From Lama guanicoe (Eukaryota), in NCBI GenBank assembly GCA_013239625.1, contig MU054575.1, positions 557,687 through 621,686 of the forward strand: DNA of 64,000 nt. The letters are read 5' to 3'. Positions 11,866 through 24,175 of the stretch are shown in pieces. Each line of letters starts with the position of its first letter. Position 1 is the first letter of the stretch. Position numbers and translations under genes: made by a program. A model generated the notes under the pieces. It was not told where the DNA came from. It did no database searches and saw nothing but the letters and a program-made list of their open reading frames with translations.

Positions 11866-13239
11866 GGCCCCGAGCTTCGGCCGGCAGGGAGCGAGACCCC
11901 CTCGGGGCCGCCGCGTTCCATTTGCACACTTAATCCAGAAACTGTCAGCACGGGAAGCCTGGATGAGAACAAAATGTCAAATGTGTGCTGAGAGGCGCAG
12001 CTTGCCCCCTTTCCTGGCGGGCCATGATCTGGTCAGCTTCCGAGCACGATGAGCTGAGAATAATTTGTGCATTCAGAACAGGGTTCGGTGGGGAGACCTG
12101 GGGGAGGGCCGGCGTCTTTATTTCATTTTCAGTTTCTTGAGTGGGCCTGTGTCTCTTCTCCCCAGCTGCTGTCTGAGTCAGCCTGGGAGGCTCAGGGACG
12201 GTGCCACCATCCTCGGTGGTGGGGACCCGGCTGGGGTCTGCGTGTATTCGCTTCTCAGCGTGGCCAAACCTGCGAGGTCCTTGGACCTGGCGATCACTGC
12301 AAACGCCTGAACTTGACCGCAAACCCCAGTGACCTAGTCATTTTCAGGGTGCTGGTGAGCGTGGCTCAGCCCCCTGTCAGGGTCCCCTCATCTTCCCTAG
12401 ACACCGCCCTTCTCACTCAAGGGCTCTGTCCTCACCTCGGGTGCAGGTGGTTTTGTTTTAAATGAGGACACCTGTTTGACCTCTTAGTGGCTCTGGGACC
12501 CTGGGGAAGCACCCCGTCGTTCTGGGGAGCTTGTGAGGATTTCTGGCTCCTCCCTGGTGTTCAGGTTCCATCCCTGGTTCCCGTGCAGATGGGCAGAAGG
12601 AGGGGGTACTTGGGGGCAGCTGGCAGCCTCTGGAAGCCTCTGTAACCCATCTTGAGAAAGGGCGGCAGCAGGCAGCCGGCCTGGGGCCTCCAGGGTTCCA
12701 TGCCCGTCTGGTTTCGGGAAGCCTGCCTTTGGCGGTGGCCCTCCCAGGCCTGTGGGGCCCAGGTGTGCACAGGGAGACTCCTCGGCCTCACCAGAGAGAA
12801 TCCAGGTGGTGGTGGTGGCCCAGACCCCCAAAGACAGCTGGGTGGACCCACACACAGCACCGCTCTCCCCGGACCTCAGCGTGAAACTGGTGTGGTCAGT
12901 GACTCGGGGCCTGGGGCTGTGGGAGGGGCACATACTGCGAGCCTCGAGGGCCAACGGGACAGTGGTGGGCTGCTGCCTCCTCCTCCTGGTAGGTGTCAAG
13001 TGAGTGTCGAGGCGGGGCTGCCGGGCAGGTAAGCGGGAGGGCTGTCAGTAGCTGGGAGCCAGCGACCTGGACTCAGGATTTGTTTGCAGCACCTGGGTGT
13101 TCTTGTACCTGAAATCCAAGGGGGAGAACAGACAGACAGACGTAAGTTTGCCGCGGCAGCACGTGGACCTGGACCAAGAACGGTGCGGTGGCCTCTGGTC
13201 TATGCACTCTGTCCGCTTAAGCCAAAACCAGCTTTACTG

Positions 13240-16200
13240 GGGCACGTTCAATGCGTGGAGACCGCCACATTTAAAACATTCAGTTGGATCAATCTTGACA
13301 TGTGTAGACACCAGGGGACCACCGCCAGTGTCAGAAGAGCAGAGGTGTCCTCATGACCCTTGGGATCCCCCCACACACACAACTCAGGAGGTAGCCACTG
13401 ATCTGCCCGACGGCGGAGACTGATCTGCACTTTCTGGCGTCCTCGGTCAATGGACTCACACAAGAGTGCTCCTTCTGTCGGGCACCGTGCCCTCGGCATC
13501 GCTGTTCTGAGGCTCGCCCAGGCAGTGGCGTGCACCGGCAGACCATTCCTTTTGCTGCTGGCTGGTATTCCTCTGTGTGGACGGAGTGCAGTCTGTTCAC
13601 ACGGTGGTGGGCACTTGGGTCATTTCCAGTTCTGAGCTGTTGTAAATACGTTTGCATTCAAGCCTTTGTAAAGACCTGTACGTCTTTTTTCTTGGTAAAT
13701 ACCTGGGGACAGAGTGACGGGTAACATGGTCGGTGTTTGTTTGCCCGTGTAAGAAACCGATGAACCATTTTCCCAGGTGGCTGTACACTTCCCAGCCCCA
13801 CGGCCGCGTGAGAGTTCCAGTTCCTCCACTTCCTCACTCGCGTGCGGTCATCCTGGTCTTTTCCATTTTGGCCAGTCTGATAGGTGGGTAGTGGTACCCC
13901 ATTGGGTTCTGACTCTTGTTTTCAAATGACTAATGATGTGGGGGTCTTTTCGTATGGTTGATTGGCCTCCATATAACTTCTTTCGCGAAGCATTTTTCAG
14001 ATCTTTTCCCCATTTAAAAGTTGAGCTGCTTGCCTTGTGAGAGGCTTGTAAAAGTTCATTATGTATTCTAGACACATGGATATGTTTTACAGATATTGCC
14101 CCCCGTCTATGGCTTTCCTTCTCGCTTATTTAACAGTGTCTTTTAAGGACTAAAAGATCACAATTCTAATAAAGTCAAATTTATTGCTTTTTCATTTTTT
14201 ATGCTTTTCATGCTTTTAATGGCATATTTAAGAAATATTTTACCAAACACGTGATTACGAAGATTTTCATCTGTGTTTTCTTCTGGTAGTTTTCGTTTTA
14301 GTGCCTACGTTTAGGTCCATGAGTTAATTTTTGTATACCATGTAAATTACAGGCTGAAGATCTTAATTTTTTTATATGAGCGTCCAACTGTTCTGGTGCC
14401 ATATGCTCAGAAGAGTGACCTTTACCCATTGAATCACCTTGGCACCCTTTTAAGTATGTAATTTAATAAAAATGTGGGCCTATTTTTGGTAACTGTATTC
14501 TGACCCGTCGGTCTGTTGGTCTGTCTTTGTGCTGACACCACACTGCCTTGGCTACTGTGGATTTGCAAAGAGTCCTAAACTGAGTTGAGGCAAATCCTCC
14601 AACCGTGTCCTTCTCTTTCAAGTTGTTCCAGTTATTCCAGGTCCTCTGCACTTCCTTATGAATTTTAGAAGCTTCTTGCCAATTTTTAGCCCGGTGGGGT
14701 TTTGAAATTTTATTGAACTCCAAGATCAGCGAGGGCAGAAACAACCTCTCAGCATTCCTGGATCTTCCCACCATGAAGACTGTATCTGTCTCCATGTATT
14801 TAGATCTTTAACACCTACCAGAGACGTTTGGTAGTTTTCGGTGCAAGGTCTTATACTTCTTTTTTCAGACACCAAGTATCTCATATTTTTATGCTACTGT
14901 CGATGGTATTTCTGCGTTAATTTTGATTTCTGGTTGTTCATTGCTGGGATTTAGAGTTGTAATTAATTTTGGTGTATATATTTTATATCTCAGGCCTTTC
15001 TAACTCATTTCTAGTACTTTTTTTGTGGATTCTATTAATTTTTTTCTCACATTGACAACCATGTCTGCAAGTAAAGGCAGTTTCACCTCTTCCTTTCCAA
15101 TCTGGATGCCTATCTTTTTTCCTGCCTGATTGCACTGGCTAGCACCTCCAGCACGATATTTAATAGAGGTAGGAGGAGTGAACATCCTTGCCATCTTCCC
15201 AGTTGTAGGAGAAATCCCTTTAGTCTTTCACTACCATGAAATTACTAGGCTCCTGGAGATGTCCTTTGTCAGATTGTGGAATTTTCCCTTCTAATACTAA
15301 GGGTTGTTTATTTTAGCATGAACGGTTGTTGAAGTTTTCTCAAGTGCTTTTTCTACACCTCTTGAGATAATCATGTTTTTGCCTTCTTTAGCCTCAGTAT
15401 GCTGAATTGTATTGATTGAGTTTCAAAAGTGCTGCAACCAAGCTCGCATCTCTAGATACCCCTACTTGGTCACGCTCTCATACGCATTTATATATTGTTG
15501 GACTTAATTTGCCAAGATTTTACTAAGAAGTTTTGCATCTAAGTTCATGAAGCATATTGACCATAGTTTTCTCGTGATGTTTTTGGTTTTGGTGTCAGAG
15601 TAACCCAGGCATGGTAGTGTGTGCTGGGCCGTGCTCTCTCTTCACTTGGGGAGAAGGGCTGTATGTAACTGGCCTTATTTCTTCCCTGCGTGTGTGCTGA
15701 AATTCATCAGTGAAGCCATCTAAGCCCAGATTTCTCTTTGTGAGAAGGTTGTTGACTAGCGTTTTAATGCATTTAACAATTATAGTTGGGTTTTGTGTTA
15801 CTTTGTGAGCAGGCTTTGGTATATTGTGTGTTTGAAGGAATTTGTTCGTTTCACATATGATGTTAAATTTATTGGCACAAAGTTGCTCATAATATCTCAC
15901 TATTACTTTCTTTGACATTTGTAGGATTGTAGTAGTGTCTCATCTCTCATTCCCATATTGGTAATCAGTGCCTCTTTTTAAAAAAAAAAAATCATCAGTC
16001 TGGCTGGAGTTTTAGTGATTATGTTGATCCGAAAGAACCAACTTTTAACTTGAGGTTTCATTGGATTTTTTTTCTTTTTTGTTATTTCATTGATTTCTGC
16101 TCTGATTTTTATTGTTTTTTTCCTGCTTGCTTAGTTCTAATTCACTCTCCTTTTTCTGGCTTCTTAAGATAGAAGCTGAGGTCATTGATTAAAGATCTCT

Positions 16201-17200
16201 CTTCTTTTCTGATGTAGGCGTTTGGTGGCATTACATTTTTCTCTAGTGACTACTTTAGTCACATTTCACAGATTTTGATGTGTTGTTTTCATTCCATTTA
16301 ACATATTTTCTAATTTCCTTTTTGATTTCTTCTCTGATTCATGGGTTATTTAGAAGTGTATCACTTTCCCAGCATTTGAGGGTTTTCAAGATACTTTTCT
16401 GTTGTTGATTTCTGCTTTAACTCATTTGTGGTAGAAGAAAACACTTAACATGATTTAATTCCTTTACAGTTTATTAAGGCTTGTTTCATGGCCCAGAATA
16501 AGACTTATCTTTGTAAATGTCCCACATGCACTTGACAGGAGTGTATCTTCTGCTGCTGTTGGGACGACTGTTCTGTAAATGTCAGTCCGATTGCTGTGGT
16601 TGGTGGTGTTCTCTAGTCTCCTGTATCCTTACTGATTTTTTTGTCTCCTTGTCTTCTCAGTTATTGAGAAGAAGGAATGAGTATCAAAATCTCTAACTAT
16701 AATTGTGGATCCATCCTTTCGCTCTTCTGTTTCTAGTAGCTTTTGCTCAGGATATTTTGAAGCTTTGTTATTGGGTGCGTTAGTGTTTAGAACTGTTATG
16801 TCCTCTTGGTGAGCCGACCCATGGTCATTGTGCACTGGCCATCTTTAGCCTTGGGAATTTTCTTTGCTCTGAAATCTGCTTTGTCTAGCTTTCTCTTCAG
16901 TAGTGTTAGCATAGTATATCTTTTTCATTTATTTTATTTTTAACCTATTTGTGCCTTTATATTTTAAATGTGTTTTTTTGTGTGAAGCACACAGTTGAGT
17001 TTCAATTTGTGAGTCAGATTAAAATTGTTTTCTTTTTTTTTTTAAATAGTTTTCTTTTAAGGTTGAGTTAAGCTTACTTACGTGTATTGATATGCCGGGT
17101 GTTCTTGGTTTTGACTCTGTCATCTTTTATAGTTATGTGTGTTTTGTCACAGTTGCGGTGGTAGCTTCCCTGAAAGATGTGTACTCTTTAGTCTTTAAAC
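13240..17200 (-). mobile_element. Old L1 (L1M-type), about 4 kb, ORF2 plus 3' end, antisense to KCNQ1
   Basis: Minus-strand peptides: endonuclease QEDITVLNTNAPN..TIIVRDFDT (16629-16835), YYEQLCANKF..LDGFTDEF (15595-15918), RT IQIGKEEVKLPLLAD (15000-15194); T-rich; many stops and frameshifts. Confidence 0.92.
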
Positions 17201-19504
17201 ATACGTTGGTATTTCAGGAGGCTTGTGCTTCCATTCTGAGGGTTACTTTTGTACTTACACCTTGAGCTTTCTGTAGTCTCTGTTTCCCACACACCCCTTC
17301 ACCCGGCTCGCTGGTGTCTGTCTGTAGCCTGTGACTCCCGCCTGTAGCCTGTACCACGTACAGTGGGCTTATTCCGTTTTCCTCTTCGATAAGGTTCAGA
17401 CCCCACAAACCCAGCATCAACATCTGAATACACAGAGGGCAAGAAGTGATGAGTGACATGGGAGGTGGGGGTCCTGGTGGCCTCACTGAGCAGGTGACTG
17501 TGTGACTCTGTGCAAAGGTGAAGGACTGAGCCCTGCATTTTGGGGGGAGATGTTCTTGGCAGAAGGGATGGTCCCACCAAGACCCAGAGCAAGTATGTGC
17601 CTGGTCCATGTTGGAGAGAGGAGGTCAGCCTGGCATGCAGGGTGTGGGGCGCTGCACACTGGGCTTTTCCTCTTGGGGGCCAGAGCTCAGCGTGGGGTGC
17701 CTCTGACCGTCGGAGGACAGGCTAAGGAGGGGCAGGCGGGCAGCAGCAGGGAGTGGGGAGGTGATGGAGAATGGCGGCTTGGACTGGAGGGTCCATGGAC
17801 GTGTGATTTTATTTTGATGACACATGTCGTGTGAGCGCAGAAACACTGATAGGAAGCATTTACACCCCAAATGTGGTTCCTTCTGGGGGGAAGGATAGGA
17901 GAAAGCTCTTACTGATTCCGTAACAGGTTTTATTTCTCAACAACAAAAAAAATCTGAACCAAATGTGGCAAAATGGAGAAAAACAAAGCAGGAAAGAGGT
18001 GGGAGCTTTTTCTTGTCATGCTATTTGCTATATTCTAAGGTCTGTTTTTAAAATTTCACATGGAACAAAGACCTCTCTCTCCACAGCTGAGAAATTTCCG
18101 CAGCACTTACATGCCCTTTCTCAGCCTCGTGGGTGCAGCGGGGCACCCTGGTATCTGCGGGGGTCGTGGGAACGTGTCTGCAAGTGGCTCGTCCTGCCGG
18201 GACATCTGCAGAGTTTGCCGACCCTTTGGGGAAAGCATTTCTGCAGGAGGTTTAATCGGTGTGGGGGGGGGGTGGCTTGCTGCATCCCAGGGTCGCTGGC
18301 CGTGAGCAGGTGTGTGCGTGTGTGTGCACACATCTGCAAGTTCATCGTGTGCTTGTGTGTGCGCGTTCCTCTGTGTGTGTGTGTCGCAGCCAGGCCCCGA
18401 GACAGCGGGCACGGGGACCCTCCGTCCGCCCCTGGCCCTGCACTGGGCCGTGAACGGGTGCAGGTAGAGGATGAGCTGGCTGGAAGGGAGCCGCAGGGTC
18501 TCTCACCCCCCAGCGCTGTCTTGTCACTGCCTTCCCCACCCCCACCTCGCCCTCTTTGGCATCCTGGTGCCCTCACCTGCTCAGCAGTTGGATGCTGGTG
18601 TTAGCTCCCAGATCTCAGTCTATATTCGGAGCCCCCGCACCCTGGGGGAAGGGGGCGTCTCAGCTGCCAGCTCCACGATGGAGGTGGTGGCCCACGAGGG
18701 CCCACAAGGGGCTTTGGAGGAGTGGGCTGGCACCACTCTGTCCCCCATCTAAGCTGCCCCAGGTGATGCCAGGGCTTCGCTTTCCAGCCCATTGCTGCCC
18801 GGCGTCCTGGCCGCGGCGGGTCCTGTTTCTGGAGGCCTCTGTGCCTGTTTGATGAGCAGTGCTCTTCCAGGAGCTGCTCCTGGGGGCCCGCTGTCAGCCC
18901 ACTCGGCCCCAAGGCCGGCTCTCCCACCCCCAAGTCCCCAGGATGGGAACAAGTGGCGGTCTGTGTGCTGCAGCCGCTCCTCCAGCAGGCAGGCCGCCCA
19001 GGCTCCAGCGGGCCGGGCCTGGGGACTCCTGGCGGGCAGTGGGCGGGAGTGGCAGCGCGTGGCCGGCTCGGGGCGCAGGGAGGCTCCTCTTCGGGCCTGC
19101 TGGCCCTCCTACGCTATGGACCTGGGGGCCTCGGCCCCCTGCCCGCCAGCCCTGCCGTGTGATCTCTGTCTCCCTCTACGCTTGTTGAGGGGAGACCTCA
19201 GGGCCACTTGGTGGGTAGGATGCGGGGGAGGGGAAGGCACCTCCTCAGGGCGGGAAGGTGGTCAGGCCTGGGGAGGGGCAGACTAGAGCCGGACGCGGAG
19301 TGTGCTGTTGCTGCCGTGCGGCCGGGCGACGGCGCAGACCTGGCGGTGAGCGTTTCCGCGCTGGGCCGGGGGGTGCGGGCAGCGGTCACAGGCCTCCCGC
19401 CGCACACGCCCCCCGCCCCCGACGGTGAGGAGAGCGCAGGACATGAGGGGGCGGGGCGTGTGCCCATAAAATATCCCCTTAAAATTAACGTTATAAAAGG
19501 AAGA

Positions 19505-19852
19505 GACTTTTTTGTAGCAGTTTCAGGTTTACGGGAGACCTGAGCAGGCAGCACAGAGTCCCCCCCGCCCCCCCGCCCCACGGCGCCCCCCGTCGCCAGC
19601 CTGGTGTGTCTGCCCAGGCGTTGGTTGTGATCACGCAGCACCGCCAACTCATCACTATTAACTCAAGTCCGCAGCTCACATTAGGGGTCCCGCTTGGGTT
19701 GCTCTTTCTGTGCGTTTTGACAAATGTGCAGTGACGTGTATCACGGCGTCGCCCGGAGTGGCCTGGCTGCCCTGAAGAGCCTCTGGGCCCCTGCTGTTCT
19801 CCCTCCCTCCCCCGGAGCCCGGCCACCACTGCTCTTTTGCCGGCTCCAGAAT
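19505..19852 (-). mobile_element. L1MC1-like 3' end, GC-enriched
   Basis: tttgtagcagtttcaggtttac...aagtccgcagctcacattaggg...tttgacaaatgtgcagtgacgtgtatc...ctgccctgaag. Confidence 0.7.
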
Positions 19853-20274
19853 CCACAAAAGCAGGCGGCTTGGCCATGGCGAAGCGTGAGGCCCTGGCTC
19901 AGACCACAGTGCGGGGAGGGAGGCTCTGCGCGCGGCTCGAGGGGCGCCCTGCCTCCCTCCCACCGTGCGGGCTCGAGCCTGGCGTGCGGGAATGCCCTGG
20001 GCTCCCAGGCACGTGTCCACCAGCGGCGGGAGGGGGCCCAGATCGGGCTGGCCCTTGACTGAGAGTGTCCCTGGAGTGAGGCGTCCCGTGTCCCCCCAGG
20101 ATGCATCTGGGCTTGGCGGCGTAGGGCTCAGAGCTCAGGCTCTCTGACCTGGGGCTCTGAGGACCTAGGCCACACATGCCTGTGACTGTCTAGGCGGGGG
20201 CTTCACTCTGTCCTGGGTCCGAGCTCTGCTGTCCCTTGTCCCTCATCCAGAGCGTGCCAGCCACGTGCCCCTCT

Positions 20275-20560
20275 CCCCAGGCTAGACGTCACCGGTGCCC
20301 ACTATGTGTGGACAAGACAGACTCAAATGGCCAATCAGATCTGGTCCCTGCCTTGTTTACAACCTCCAGAAGCTTCCCACGCTGTGAAAGGACACCCCTA
20401 CCCCTTGTGACCCACAAAGTCCCTTGAGGCGAGGTCTCTGCTCCGCTGGGCCAGCCCCGCCTCATGACACAGCCTCCCCGAGGTCTAGCCTTCATGCATG
20501 TCCATCAGGCCAGAGCTTGAACGTCACCTCCTCAGGGAGGCCTGCCCTGTGCCGTGTCCC
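20275..20560 (+). mobile_element. L2 fragment
   Basis: aatcagatctggtccctgccttgtttacaacctccag...cttgaacgtcacctcctcagggaggcctgccctg. Confidence 0.5.
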
Positions 20561-21569
20561 TCTGCCCTCCGCCGGGCCCCCTTGCCCTCCTAATGCACAG
20601 GTCCCCCCAGTCCTGGGGTCACTGTGCTGGGGCTTGCAGGGGAGGGTCCGTGATGTGGAGGTTGGGCCTTTCAGGCGGGGCCCCCTCGCCCTGGGGACCA
20701 GGGGCAGCAGTGTGGGTGGAGGAAGACAGCAGGCTCCGAGATCACAGGAGCAGGGCCACAGGGTCCCTGTGACCCTCTCCCAGTGTGTGCGGGGACGGGT
20801 GAGCTGGAACTCGCCTAACCAGGGCCTGGGGCACACTTCCCACGTGGCGACCCAGCCAACACATGAGCCTGGGTCCTCCGAAGGCAGATGGGCCACGGCC
20901 CGAGGGCACTCTGGGTGGGGGCCAGGTCAGGAGCTTCTGGAAGGAGCCTTCAAGGGCCCCCTCAGTCTTGGGATGGGCGACGGGGGACACTGGGCTCAGT
21001 GCAGGGCTGGGTTGCAAATGAGGTTGGGGTCCCAGGAGTGCGGTCTGGACGTCATCTGGGCTTCCGGCTTCATCGGCACCTATTTCCTGAGCATGCCCTG
21101 CGTGCTCGGCCTGGGGCCTGGGTGTGAAGCAGGGCGGAGAGAGCTGCCCACGGGGGCCTCTCCGTGAGAGAGGGAGCCGGGCAGCGAGGTGGTCAGTGAG
21201 CCGTGCGGGGACAGCGAGGAGGGCAGTGCCACGGGCAGTGGGGCGAGCCCTCCTGGGGAGGCGAGCAGGGGGCCAGTGGCACAAGTCCCTGTGCTGGGGG
21301 GCGTCTTGCACCTGGAGGCTCGGGGCTGTGGTCAGCGGGGGCAGGGGAGGCCGGGCCGAGCTCAGTGGACCTGTGAGGTCAGGCGTCGGCTCTGGACAGA
21401 TGGGGGCCGTTCCTCACTTAGAGTGGATTTATGGAAACCCCCCAAAGCAGAGCTGTGATTTAGAGCATCTCTTTTACCGTGTGAACTGGTCTTCTTTTTT
21501 TTTTTTTCCAAATAACCCATTTACTTATTCACCTCTTGGGTTGGGTTCGTGATTTTTCTGATTTCTTCT

Positions 21570-24175
21570 CATTTTCAATCTGGACTTCGGGCGGTGAGAT
21601 TCGCCCTCCTTTGGTGCAGAGATCCCTGCGCCCTGGCAGATGTGGACGGTTGTGGGTCGTCCCCCGGCAGAGACGCAGAGCGTTCCCACCACCCCCGGCA
21701 GCCCCTGTCTGCCCTTGGCGGCCCAACCAGCACCTGGTAATCACGGACGTTTCCTGTCCCCACAGTCCTGCCTTTTCCAGGACGTCATGGGAAAGGCATC
21801 CTGCATTCTGTAGCCTTTGTGTCTGGCTTCTTTCACTGAGCACAACACATTTGCGCCTCATCCATGTTGTGGCCTGTGTTCAGTAATTTGCTTCCTTCTA
21901 ATTGGAAAGGATACAACGTACCACGGTTTGTTTATCTGTCCGCAGGCTGACGGACGTTGGAGCTGTTTCCAGTTTTCGGCTGATGATTAAAGCTGCCTGA
22001 CTGCTGCCGTCAGGTTCTCTGCCTGGTCGTTCTGTCTTCATCGCTCTCGGGGAAGCCTCTGGGAGCTTGATCCTGGATGACGTGCCGCAGGCACGCTGAC
22101 CTTTCTAAGAAACGGCAAGCTGTTTTCCGCAGTTTGCTCCGCCGCGCCTTCCTTCCCTCTGTGTCTGGCCGCGCCTGCTGACCTGCGACCTCGGCATTCG
22201 CGCCGCCCGGCCGAGCGTCCTCACCACTGCAGTGCGTGCGCGGCCCCGTCCCGTGGCTTCGGCTGCATTTCCCTGGTGACCAGTGCCGCCGGGCACCTCT
22301 GCTGTGCTCATTTGCTGTTCCCACGTCTGCCTTTTGACCAAGTGTCTTCAGGGTTTGCCCATCCGCGTAACTGGGTCACGGGCCGCATTAGTGAGTTGCA
22401 AGGGCTGTTGTGTGTGTTCCAGGTACGAGTCTAGGCATTAGATTTCAATGACCAGATCTGTGTTTTGCAAGTTTTCCCCCAGTCTGTGGCTTCCCTTTGT
22501 TTTTTCTTAGCAGCATCTTTCAGATGAACAGAGGTTTTAATTTTGATGAAGTCCAGCTTTTCGGGTTTTTCCCCCAAGGTTCACGTCTTTTGTGTTCTAA
22601 GAACTATTTGCCTAGTCCAAGGTTACAGAGAGTCTTCTCCGCTGTTCCCTGTAGAAATCTTGTAGCTTTACGTTTTCTGTTTAGATCTGTGATCCATTTC
22701 GAGTGTAATTTTACCGACGGTGACAGGTCTGGATGGAGGTTAAACCTTTCTTGCACGTGGTTGTCCAATTGTTCCCGCACCTTTTTTGCATCAAATTAGT
22801 TTGACACCTTTGATGAAAGTCAGCTGACCATCTGCGTGGTCTGTTTCTAGACTTTCTAATCTGTCCTGCCACTACCACACTGTCTTGATTAATGTGGCTT
22901 TATAGTAAGCCTTGAAATCAGGCTGTGTTAATCCCTCAGTTTTGTTCATTTTCAAAAGTATGTTGGCAATTCTAGTCCTTTGCATTTCCATGTAAATCTT
23001 AGAATCAGCTTGTTAATTTCTCCCCAGAAGTCCTGCTGGGATTTTGATTAGCACCGTGTTAAACAGATGAATTCGGGCGTCCAACACATGACGCTGTTTT
23101 CTGACCGTGAACATGATGTGTCTCTGTACTTATTTAGGTGATTTTAAGTATCGCTCATTAATGTTTTCTAGTTTTCAGGGCACAAATCTCTCACATAATT
23201 TGTGTGATTTGTTACTGAGTATCTCTTGTCTTTGAAGCTACTGAGATGGCATCGTTTTCCCAAGTTCACTTCCGGATCATTGTTTGCTAGTCTGTGGACT
23301 TTGTATCCTGTGGCTTTGCTAACATTATTAGTTCTGGAACCTTTTTTTTTTTTTCTGGTTGACTCTTTAGACTTTCCTATAGAGATGATCACATTGTCCC
23401 ATAGAAAGTCAGTTTTATTTTTTCCTTTTCAGTCCTGTTCTTTTTATTTCTTGTTCTTGCCTGATACCCTGGCTGGGACCTCCACAGCAAGACTCCGTGG
23501 CGAGGAGAGAGCGGCCGTCCATGCCTCGTCCCTGACGTGAGGGGCACTCGTGGTCTCGCCGTCAGCACGACGCTGGCCCCGCGGCTTCGCACACGCTCTT
23601 CAGCAGCCGAGGAAGCTCCTTCACATCCTCGTACGCTGGGAATAAGGGTGGATGTTGGCCGTGGTTGCTGGATTTTGTCAGATGCTTTTTCTGCATCTAT
23701 TGAGATAATTCTATGTGCTTTCTTTCTGACTTGCATTAACATGGTGAACTACACAGACTGGTTTTCAAATGTAACCAGCCGAATTCTCAACATAAAGCCC
23801 ATCTGGTCACGATGCGTTTTGAAAGCGTGTGCCGCTGGATTTGACTTGCTAAACTGTTGTGTAGGTGTTTGCCTCTGTGCCCCGGGGGAGGTGTCTGTGG
23901 CTTGCTTGTAGCCTCATTGCTTTTGGCCTCAGGTAAGGCCAGCCTTAGAGAACGGGGTTGGTGAGTGTCTCTGCTTTCAGTTTAGGAAGAGTTAGCGCGT
24001 AATTGCTGTATTTCTCTGAGAGGGTTTGATCGGACATGCGACTCCATCTGGGCCTGGAGTCTTCTTTGTGGGAAAGCTTTTTTGTTAGAAATTCAGTGTC
24101 TTTCATAGATCCAGGACTATTCACGTTACCTACGTCTTCTCAAGTAACATTCCATAGTTCATGTCTGTGAAGGTA
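21570..24175 (-). mobile_element. Old L1 (3' end plus RT region), antisense
   Basis: Minus peptide HRIISIDAEKASDKIQQP (23389-23742); ttttaattttgatgaagtccag; gtctggcttctttcactgagcacaac. Confidence 0.9.
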
